A stretch of DNA of 62,800 bases, counting the filler, from Sphacelaria rigidula (lineage: Eukaryota), in the NCBI GenBank assembly GCA_964200075.2. It is 9 parts of 9 records of this genome, joined end to end, with 100 filler letters (N's around TTAATTAATTAA, not from the genome) between each part and the next. Parts side by side here need not be neighbours in the genome. Positions count along the whole stretch, not along the records: positions 48,925 to 55,812 come from CAXNAA020017569.1; positions 55,913 to 62,800 come from CAXNAA020017570.1; 7 more parts are not named here. One strand, given 5' to 3'. The position numbers and the translations under genes were made by a program. Of this stretch, positions 53,642 through 62,800 are shown piece by piece. Below the pieces are notes generated by a model that worked only from the letters and a program-made list of their open reading frames with translations, did no database searches and was not told the DNA's origin. Numbering within the stretch: position 1 is the stretch's first letter; every line of letters starts with the position of its first letter.

Positions 53642-53900
53642 GAGGGATGCTACGGTGGTGGTGCACAAATATTTTCTGCGGGTAAAATTGTTGAAAGCCC
53701 TTGATCTCGTGCAAAACACCACTTATGAAAATATGTGAAAGTACGCCAGGATTACTATTCCAATGTGCTGGGGATATCCCGACTGAATTTGCAATCGGGA
53801 ATGTCCTGACCCATATTCTTGTGCATCTAGAATCGTTGGGAGCCCCTGAACCAGACAAGACTTCGCGCAAGACGTGCACCCCTACCGTAGAGCATTGCTC
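53642..53900 (+). mobile_element. MITE family A, TSD GACA
   Basis: 259 bp, nearly identical to 51666-51924; GACA on both sides. Confidence 0.93.
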
Positions 53901-54011
53901 GACAGGAATACGAATCGGCAGTCGCCTGGGTTATTGTGGTGCTTGCTGCACGCGGTGACAAAGAGCGTGCTATCTAGGCAGCTGGATTATCATGTATTGT
54001 GTCTGACTAAT

Positions 54012-54100
54012 GGCGCCCCAGGTGGTCTATCGATTCGACTGTGACCATTATTTGGGGCGGAGAGAACACGAGTTCAACTCCCGATGCGCTGGTTTTTTTC
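54012..54100 (+). mobile_element. tRNA-derived SINE-like head
   Basis: GCCCCAGGTGGTCTA..CGACTGT..CCATTA..GGAGAGAAC..GAGTTCAACTCCCGATGCGCTGGTTTTTT; B-box-like; matches the reverse complement of 55985-56067. Confidence 0.6.
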
Positions 54101-55704
54101 TCCGCAGTATCTGACTTCACCGCCGAAAGCCTGAGACATGAGTGAACAAAATGCAGGTGACTGAGCTTGTTTGACGAGAACTGATGCTATGCGGGAGTGT
54201 AGGACCAATCCGCGAGACCAACAGGCAACTGACGCTGCTTGGGAGAGATGGCTTGATTCCTTGAGACCACAGACTCGTCGCGAGGAGGAGGGGGGGGGGG
54301 GGTACTCGTCGCGAGGAGGGGGGCGAGGGGGTTCAAAGTGCCACACAAAAAATGTAAAGGATGGAGTCGGCCCGTGCAGTTGGTATTTCAAGTATCTCCT
54401 CTCTCGGCTTTCCGTTTGAATCCCAACTTTCAACGCAAATGCTGAACACACAAGGCAGTTCAAGGTCGCGCTGACATCTCGCTGATGGGTACAGAGGAAG
54501 GTGGCCCGGTGTATGGCGGAACACGGATTTCGTATTGAATTTCCGTCACCGTCCAGGTCTAGAAGCCCTTGATGTCGTGCGGAAAAAAAAAACAATGAAG
54601 ATGAAAGCGTTATATTTTTGTCGTCACATGGTGGCAAAAAGATGTGATGTTTTGGAGGGAAACGAGGTGTTTCAGGTATTCGCCGAGTTTAGTTACCGGC
54701 TGGGGGAAGTGCACAATTTCATACATACTTGGAGGGTTTGTGGTCACATGGAGGTATTCTGCCATCGCTACCAGTCGGGTGTTCGTTTTCAGGAAGCTGC
54801 GCATGCTATATGTGAAGCTGTATCTGACACAATCCGAAGGGTTCTCAAGTTTGATAGAACATATCGGTATTTCCTTGAAATACTGGGTGGAAAAGGTGAG
54901 AGTGTTGCTTTTTTTTGAGAGGGACAAACTCGAGAACAAACGGTGTGATATTTTTGAATGATTATAAATAAGAAAAGTATATATTTTTAAGCGGTTGCTA
55001 GAATCCCCGGGAGCTTCTATGCGCACGGGAAGTTCGCGATAATATTCACAGCAACATTGCTATTTCGTATATATATATATATATAAATGTGTGGGCGTTT
55101 AGGTAGCACGCTACTCTCCAAATGCAGGTGAAGAAATATTCCGGGGTAAGCATGGGTAGGTGAATGGGATCACGTACTTGATCCGTAGTTCAGCAAAATT
55201 TCTCACGTTTGCTAGTGGCTGTCTCGATTGCTTGCATTCCGTTCGCCGAGTGACCTGGAGCTGATTGTTCAGATGACACCACGATCTGCCCACGGGAAGT
55301 TTGCATCACACACACAGCATAGAACACAAAGAGCGCATTGGCACCAGGACACAACGGAGTAGTTGATTTTTGAAACCACATCGGTTCCAGAGACAGTGAT
55401 ACTAGGTCGGAATCGCTGTGATTTTGCTTTTTTTTATATTTGTTCTTGCTTTTCGGTTACTTGCCGTAGCGCTATGGTTGGCATCCAAGTGTGAATACCC
55501 CGCGGAGGGATGTGTGTGTCGAACCGACATCATGTTTCCTCAAAAATGACCGGTCAGACCCAGGTGCCCATCTGCTGGCGATCGAAGGTTTATCGATGTG
55601 GGAGGAAATGTTGGCATCGGATCCCCAGGCTTCTTGGTCGCACCACCTGGTATGGTCTGGAAAAAGCATTATTTGCCCCTTTCCCTCGTGTGTCCGCCTG
55701 GCAG

Positions 55705-55812
55705 TTCTCTCAGGTGGCTAACGTCACATATCCGGGCATATATCAAGAGTTTTTGGACGATCTGGATGTGCTGAATTTCGATCTGAGCTGGATACTCTCG
55801 ACCGGGTGTATC
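55705..55812 (+). CDS. Exon of a multi-pass membrane protein (polymorphic membrane/adhesin-like type), cut by contig end
   Basis: Pyrimidine tract and CAG, then FSQVANVTYPGIYQEFLDDLDVLNFDLSWILSTGCI; family call is from recalled resemblance, not a search. Confidence 0.6.
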
Positions 55813-55912
55813 NNNNNNNNNNNNNNNNNNNNNNNNNNNNNNNNNNNNNNNNNNNNTTAATTAATTAANNNNNNNNNNNNNNNNNNNNNNNNNNNNNNNN
55901 NNNNNNNNNNNN
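55813..55912. other. Artificial contig linker
   Basis: Same 100-bp block. Confidence 0.97.
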
Positions 55913-55984
55913 ACCAAACCAGTCGACTGCTATTGTTTACTCACGTTCTCACGCTTTCCACGGTGGAAATCATACATTACGAAG

Positions 55985-56067
55985 AAAAAAACCAACGCAT
56001 CGGGAACCGAACCCTCGTTCTCTCCACAACCTAATGGCGACAGTCGGACCATTACACTACCGGGGCG
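55985..56067 (-). mobile_element. tRNA-derived SINE-like head
   Basis: Minus strand GCCCCGGTAGTGTAATGG (A-box-like)...GGGTTCGGTTCCC (B-box-like) GATGCGTTGGTTTTTT. Confidence 0.65.
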
Positions 56068-59000
56068 CGGCGACTATTACAAGTGTACTCATGAAGCCTC
56101 CTACAAGGTAGTGTTGCCGTCTAATGACGATTTCTGTTGTGCCTTTTCCCCCTCCCCGTGCCTGCCTGCTCATTTTTCGCTCCCTGCCTATTTCACGTGT
56201 CCCACGCTGTGTGCGGCAGATCCCGCCAAGGGCAGATCCTCTGGAGATAGAAGAGGAGTGATGTACACCTTAGTAGTAGTAGTAGTATGCTTTCCATGTA
56301 GGAAATTCCACACTACGTCTGCTGTACTTTCACGTTCACGTGCTGCTGCTCTTGCTGCTGCCGCTACTGATCGTCGCTTGGTCTGAATTGAATAAATACC
56401 GTGAAGCTTATAGACGCGCCCGTTGCCTCTGTTTTGTTGCCTACTCCCACGGGACAAGCAGCATGCTTCAAGTTTCCCTCCTGTTAGTAGACTCCAACCG
56501 TGCCGATATGCTCCTCTGCGCTAAGCGGGGACGTCGGGGGAGGGGGGGGAGGTGTTCGACGCGAATTCGAAAGACGCCGAGTACTGATTACCGGGCCTGT
56601 TTGATGTTTAGTGTTTTTTCGCAGAAAAATCACATGTAGAGCCCGCCTCGTCTACCTAGAAAAAAATCGCCCTGAGATACTCGTCATTTTGGCGACGTGG
56701 AGGGGGTTGCGATTGTCGCTTTCAGCTTGTTGTTGGTCATGTGGTGGCTTGGGGGTACCCTACACAGGGCACCTGTATTTCAAAATCAAGGAAGTCACAC
56801 GCCACACCGTGCCCTTTTCTTCGTCGTGGTGTGTGCCCATGTTCTCTTTGCGCATCGCAAGCACAATGTCGCCTGTCGCATGAACTAGGGGTCTGCACAC
56901 GCTGCGGCTGCATGGTGTACAGTAGATGAGAAATCTGTACGCTCAGGGGGATCGGAGCGCCTGCCGTATCTGCTTCCCCAATATTGATGTACACGGGATG
57001 CCGTGTGGCGTAGTAGTGCCTAGCAGGTGTGTTTGTTTGCATGTGTGTTTCTTCCCGGGGTTCGAAGCTCAGCCTACGGTGTACAGTCCATGGACGCCAG
57101 ACAGCGTCGTCCTATTCCTCGACAGGGCGTAGCGTGTTTTGCTGCGCTATGACCATCATCAGGGTACAGTAGAAGGGCCCGTCGTACAGAAGAGGCAGAT
57201 ACTTGTGCCGAATAGCCTAGGGTTGCTTGTCTACTGAGCAGTCGAGTGCCCTGGCTAGCGGCGGGCAGAGAACGCGCTCGACAAACACAGCATGATGCTG
57301 TCATCGCCAGCGTTTAAGGATCGACGAGCACTCCTTACCTTACTGCTGAATGTCCACATACTACAGACCGTGCAGTTCGCTCCGGCGGCCCCATTCGAAA
57401 ACGCGATCAGGAGCCGTTTGTCGTGGCATTCTCCCCTCCTGCACCAAAGAGCGCGGCGTGGCACGCGGTTTTCGACGGCTTCCGATGTGGTCGCCATCGC
57501 ATCTTTCGAAAGCCTGTTCGTTGAAGACAAGGACGTCAACAATGACCGCTCGGTGCTCGACATCCTGAGCACACTGCACCACCAGCGAGTGGTCATTTTT
57601 AGTCGGTATCCTATCTTCTCGAACATGGGTAGACGTAGACTTGTTCTCGGCAAGTACGGTAGAATACGGCGGAGGAGGTGAAATTGTCCCGCAGCAGCCA
57701 CTCGTGCATGCGTCCCATGTGCAAATGCAACAACAGTGCATTCGAGCGAAACAACGCTCGGATGAACTTATAATTTCCACGTCTACGGATTCTAACGCGG
57801 TAGTCGACCTTACCGCACCAGGGCCGACGAGCGAACCGTTACCCCCTCAACATGCCATCAAGTCCTTCGGCAGAACCCCGAGCTTCTGTTGCTGCTGCAT
57901 GAAGGCGGTATCCAGTTGAGAGGCAAGTGGCGCGGAGAAAAGCCTTGACACGAGAAACAAATGGGCAAATGAAGAGAAACCCAAACATGTTGATGACCTT
58001 GGGCTTCATTTGGGAACACGCGTGTGAAAAATTGTTTCTTCACTCGTAAAAATATGGCCAAAGAAACGGAGAAGCGAACGTGAAATTTTCCGAAAACATG
58101 GGGCACAGAGATGGTCCGGAACCTTACTAAATCCGCCAAGCCGGGCACAGGAATCAATCAATCTGGAAAGGAGCGGCCTTGGGCGTCATGCAGGGGCACG
58201 TGTGTGTGCGAAAAATGTTTCCTCACTTTTAAAGTACGGCCTGAGAGTAGGAGTAACGGTGACATTATTTCCAAGAATATCGGGCGTAAACTGTCCCAAA
58301 ACCCAAGAGACCAGCGGAACTCATAAAAAGAAAAACTACCCCGGCGACCTCGCGCTCCATTTAGGAATATATACACAAAAAAATGGCTTCCTGACTTTGA
58401 CAGCGTTCATTCGTTTAGATACAGATTGTGTCTGTGGAGAAAGTGGTGTTGGCCGACATTTTTGGCATCTTGCATTATCGTGCAAACTACATCTATCTAG
58501 GATGTCAATCCCTCCTGGGATTCCGCGTGGGATATATCGCTTTCATCGGTGCGGTCGGATTAGTTTCATTTCCCACATCATCACTACCAGCTCAACGTAA
58601 CGGCGCAATTTCGTCACAGCACCCCCTAATCGCGTTGGACGAAAATCGATCAACAGGCTTGACACATAGAAAACGCCAAAACGATGAGTAAGTCACAACT
58701 GAATACCGAACTCACTCGTAATGCGAGCAGCAACGACACGAGTCACGCGCAATTTATGCAAGTTCTCCGTGAGAAATTCCGGAGCGGCCTCAAAAATATC
58801 CTTGAAAGGCTCCCACGTACGCTCCTCCTCAACTTCGGAACCAACCCAGTCGACCAACACGATCACCTTACGATCGTCTGCTTCTGCCATTCGGACAATA
58901 CCAGCCATCTGAATTTGCCCCTGATTAAAAGCATACTGGAACGAGTCCTTAACGTCAGCCGTAACATTAAGCTGCGAGTCTGCATAAAAACGCAAACGAG

Positions 59001-59353
59001 CTACATGGGTGGTCTGAACACGACCCGAAACAATGTTCTAAATCTCAAACACGTGCGGGTGGTTAGCACCAACCACTCTCCATGGACCAGTCCAAGTCGC
59101 CATCAACTTGGGCGTAACACCCGGACGACACACGCGTGCATACAAGACTTAGTCGCCTACCTCAAAATTCGGCAGTTCCAGTCCCGACGAGGACCTCTCA
59201 CGTCTAGGCGCGCATTCAGCGGCAACGCGTTCCTGCACTTGAACGTGGAAACGTTCTTGCAAGTCCAAGACTCCTTGCAGTGCACGCTTAATTTGAACAT
59301 CGTCCAAAACATCACATTTCCATTCCCCCGCCGACGAAGACGCCAGCACCGAG

Positions 59354-59599
59354 GACACTTTCTACGATAGTCCCCCCCAAAAGTGCCTGGTTCGAGGAGG
59401 CAAAAACTTCACGTAAATCGAAACGGAAAAAGGCGAGCACAGCGAGCAGCCGGGAATGCCCACGCTTGGGCTCGATATCGCCAATGTCGCCCATATGAGG
59501 CGCTTCATGCAGCCTGAACCCGAGCATCAGGCGCTGTATGCCCATTTTCTTCGTGACACTTTTGGGCTGGTTTTGGGGGGGGCTATCGTAGAAGGTGTC
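59354..59599. mobile_element. MITE family C (GAC..GTC termini), TSD CGAG
   Basis: GACACTTTCTACGATAGTCCCCCCCAAAA / TTTTGGGGGGGGCTATCGTAGAAGGTGTC; removal restores RAPRTSFSVLASS. Confidence 0.9.
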
Positions 59600-59951
59600 C
59601 GAGAAAGACGTCCGAGGAGCACGACCAAACATCACGTGGTACGGCGTACTATCGTACCGACGACGATACGCTGTATTGAGCACCCATTGCACCGCCGGGA
59701 AGACATCCATCCACTCGGAAATCGCTCTACGCTGCTCGAGAAGAATAGAGCGAGGAGCACGAACTACTTCCTTGACCATGCGTTCGCACGTGCCGTTAGA
59801 CCACGGAGAATACGCCACCGCAAACTTGTGATCAACGTGCAAAGCCTCTCGCAATTGGGCCAAGATTGCATTTTTTTAGTGCGTGGCGGTATCACTCACC
59901 CGCACTCGCGGCACCCCCAACGTTTTGCACCAATTCAGCAAAGATGCAGCA

Positions 59952-60394
59952 AACACGGGATCTTCCGAATTGGGGATGAATCTTTTATTGGGGATGAGAA
60001 GCCCGGATAAATAAAATCTTCGTATCCACACCAAATCTTCGGAATACGGTTCAAATTCTTCACCTGGTGATAGCTATTGACAACTGCTACACGCAATAGA
60101 AATTTGGATCTCGATCACCGAAATGTTGCGGTCCTAGGTGAAAAACCAATCTCGGAACCATTTTGGCGTCCGGTCGGACACCCACAATTCCCTAATTTTG
60201 TTTTTCACTTGGGATCCCAAAATTTCGGTTATCGAGATCTAAATTCGTATGACGTGTAGTAGTTGTCAAAAGCTATCAGTAGGTGAAGAAATAGAATCAT
60301 ATTTCGAAGATTTGGTGTGGACACGAAGATTTGAATTCTCCGGGTTTCTCATTCCCAATAAGAAATCCATCCCAAATTCGTAAGATCCCGTGTT
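59952..60394. mobile_element. MITE family D, TSD AGCA
   Basis: AACACGGGATCTT...AAGATCCCGTGTT; removal restores integrase CTAESTAASLLNWCKTLGVP. Confidence 0.93.
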
Positions 60395-61562
60395 AGCAGT
60401 CGATTCAGCAGTACACACTGCTACTGGCTCCAGAGACACGAAGTTGCTGAAATCATCCATGATAACCAAAATGTATCGGAACACAGCATCCTCCGACTAA
60501 CCTTGGGAAGCTAGCGGGCCACCCTCGCCCACGTACAAGAAGTCAACATGGACAACTTCATTCAGCATGGTCCCATGGACCGTTTCTCCGTGCGGGCGGG
60601 GAACATCATCGTCCAGCCTCGAGTCAGCACAGTGAAGACACTGGCGGACAAATTCGCACACATGAGTTTCTATCCCCTGCCCGACACAAAAATCTTGCAA
60701 GCGCACGAGCGTCGCAGCCACACCACGATGCCCGGCGTCGCGCATGTGCGCGCAGATCATGAAAAGCACCCGCAACTGCTTGTCATAACTCAGAATCCAC
60801 AAAACGTTTCGGCTACGCACATGCACACGAGACAGACCTTCATTGTCCAAGATAGCAGTACCAACGTCCGTCTCGAAATATTGCATATCCGCATCTCCGC
60901 CTTCAAGGTCTTTTCGTTGCGCTTGGCAGACAACATAATCGGACGGTATCAAGTTATCAGGTTCACACGTACCATACACAGCCACAGCGCGCACAGGCAT
61001 TTGCATTCCAACTGTAGGCACCTGCATGACCAAACTATCCCCATGGAACTCAGATGCATCCGGAAACATTGACACCTGACAATCAGGCGAGGATGGAACA
61101 GCATCACGGCATGAGCCTCCAGATCCTTCGCTGCCGCCCACGCCTGCAGTCTACCCTCCGTCCACGATGCAGCCTTCGTCGGAAACGCCATATCTGGACT
61201 GGACCACCCCACCTGCAAATTCCGTAACACCAACCCGAGCGCCAACAGAACCGCCATGCACAACACCAACCAACTCGACTTCACTGAATCGTAACGCCAC
61301 GGCTTCGCCTTCGCCGCGGACGCCCCAGGTTTTCGCTGGACACGCATAGGCTCCACGCACGTAGGGGGGTCACCCCGCAGCGCATGACGAAACGCCGTGA
61401 CGCGGCAATGCAATATGCCGCGCAGGCGCTCCGTTTTTGAGACGCTGAGGCCTTTCGCCACAGGTCCGTCACGCTCTCCTCCAGCGCGACCTTCCGAGCG
61501 GACTCCTTTTCCGCCGGTTCATGAATACGTCCGGGTCGCGCTCTACTGAGCATTCCACCACC

Positions 61563-61808
61563 GACTGCTGCCGAGATAGCCCCCCCCTCAAAACCGGCCA
61601 AAAACATGCACGGAGGCGATGATCATAACTGCCGTTAAAGCTGGTTTCGTGCTGCACGATGCGGCTGATTTGAGCGTTATAGCTGATTTCGGAATGCTAC
61701 ACGCCTCTCATGTGGGCGAAGTTNNNNNNNNNNCAATAGTGGGATCGCAGCCGGTTCGTTGGATGGTGCCGGTACACTTTTTGTGGGGGGGCTATCTCGG
61801 CATTAGTC
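61563..61808 (+). mobile_element. MITE family B, TSD CACC
   Basis: Homologous to 25216-25465; CACC on both sides; removal restores EERDAVVECSVE. Confidence 0.92.
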
Positions 61809-62344
61809 CACCGCATCCCGCTCCTCGGTCACCTGCTCCCCAGCCTCCTGAAAAGCATCCACCGACAAGCTCACGCGACGGTTGCCCAAAACGACAGGCG
61901 TCTCCAAGCGTGGATCATGCGGAGACATCCGCGTCTTCATGGAGTCCCACAACCGCCGAGCGTCGACTCCAAGGTTCTGAAGCGTCGGCAACCCCAGAAG
62001 AATGACGCCATCCGACCCCGGGATGATCGCAAACGAGATCGGAGGCAATTGCGCTGGTCGCCAAGAAGTCGTGAAAGCCAGCTGCAGCGGAACAGTACAC
62101 TCTGTGACGTAAACATGCTGACCCGACGCGGTGACGGCCTGCCTCGCTCCGTGCGAGAACGGCTTGCGCAACGGCACACCCGGGAGAAGAAGCTCCAACA
62201 TCTCTACAATCTGTACCAACAGACTCACATGACCCGTCAAGTAGGCGCCTGAATCCCACTTAGCCGGAACCGCAATGGCTTCACGCTCCCGTTGATTGGG
62301 AAGACACACCTCCGCAGGAACGTATTTGTGCGCAGACTCCACTG

Positions 62345-62702
62345 AACAGGGGATTCTATTAAATGAGGTTGATCAAAGAGATGAGGTTTGAGGAGGCTAG
62401 CCAGTATGCGACAAAACCCCGAGGGAAGTACCGTCCGCAAGTGTCTTCGATCATTTTCGGGGGGGGGGTGGGGCGTACTCATTCGTTGCCTGCCTTTGTC
62501 GTTTGACCATTGACCACGCCCCGTCTCGAAAGGTCAATAGTCGAACGACTAAGGCAAGTAACGAATGAGTACGCCCCCCCCCCCCCCCCGAAAATGATCG
62601 AAGGCACTTGCGGACGGTACTTCCCCGGGGTTTTGTCGCATACTGGCTAGCCTCTTCAAACCTCATCTCATTGATCAACGTCATTTTATATAATCCCCTG
62701 TT
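62345..62702. mobile_element. MITE family E (AAC..GTT termini, TIRs over 100 bp), TSD ACTG
   Basis: AACAGGGGATT...AATCCCCTGTT with G-run/C-run arms; ACTG at 62341-62344 and 62703-62706. Confidence 0.92.
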
Positions 62703-62730
62703 ACTGGCACTTTATTTGCCGACCAATGCG

Positions 62731-62800
62731 GAGCAATGCTACGGTAGGGGTGCACTTTTTTCGCGAAATTATGTCTAGTTCAGGGGCTCCTAACGATTCT
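62731..62800 (-). mobile_element. MITE family A, partial (cut by window end)
   Basis: Reverse complement of ~5416-5484 (GAGCAATGCTACGGTAGGGGTGCACTTTTTTCGCG). Confidence 0.88.

Larger units (their letters stand above)
58693..62730 (-). mobile_element. Chromodomain-bearing Ty3/gypsy pol remnant; most of RT deleted; four MITE insertions
   Basis: Protease WDSGAYLT..GVILLGLPTL; RT start EPMRVQ; RNaseH MFPDAS; integrase AH..GHRG..CLHC, VHVDFLYV, DDFSNFV, SPWSNGTCERMVKEV; chromo VLVDWVGSEVEERTWEP. Confidence 0.92.

Noticed and set aside
53055-53879. 274-aa minus-strand ORF
   Set aside because: Its first third lies inside MITE A (same peptide at 51715-52002); no recognisable domain.
55985-56067. 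Functional tRNA gene
   Set aside because: A/B-box-like motifs are present but I cannot form convincing acceptor and anticodon stems; treated as a SINE-like head.
58684-60010. Plus-strand ORFs of 228 and 184 aa
   Set aside because: Antisense shadows of the gypsy integrase region.

Overview
Eukaryotic, repeat-rich DNA, most consistent with a brown alga (inferred from short GT-AG exons with 0.4-1.5 kb introns and the transposon types). The window is not one locus: it is nine segments of 6,888-6,890 bp joined by eight identical artificial 100-bp linkers (44N-TTAATTAATTAA-44N), so adjacency across linkers is meaningless. Recognisable content: a decayed Ty1/copia element, three decayed Ty3/gypsy remnants (two with chromodomain-like ends), an RTE-type LINE endonuclease, a restriction-like-endonuclease non-LTR remnant, tRNA-like SINE heads, six in-phase exons of a ubiquitin-activating enzyme E1 gene (minus strand), a lone ribulose-phosphate 3-epimerase exon and a membrane-protein exon. 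The most striking pattern is five families of short TIR elements with GAG/GAC or AAC termini: nine complete insertions each carry a different exact 4-bp target-site duplication, and seven sit in retroelement coding remnants whose motifs rejoin when they are removed. No CRISPR array, rRNA, intact tRNA or intact transposase is supported.
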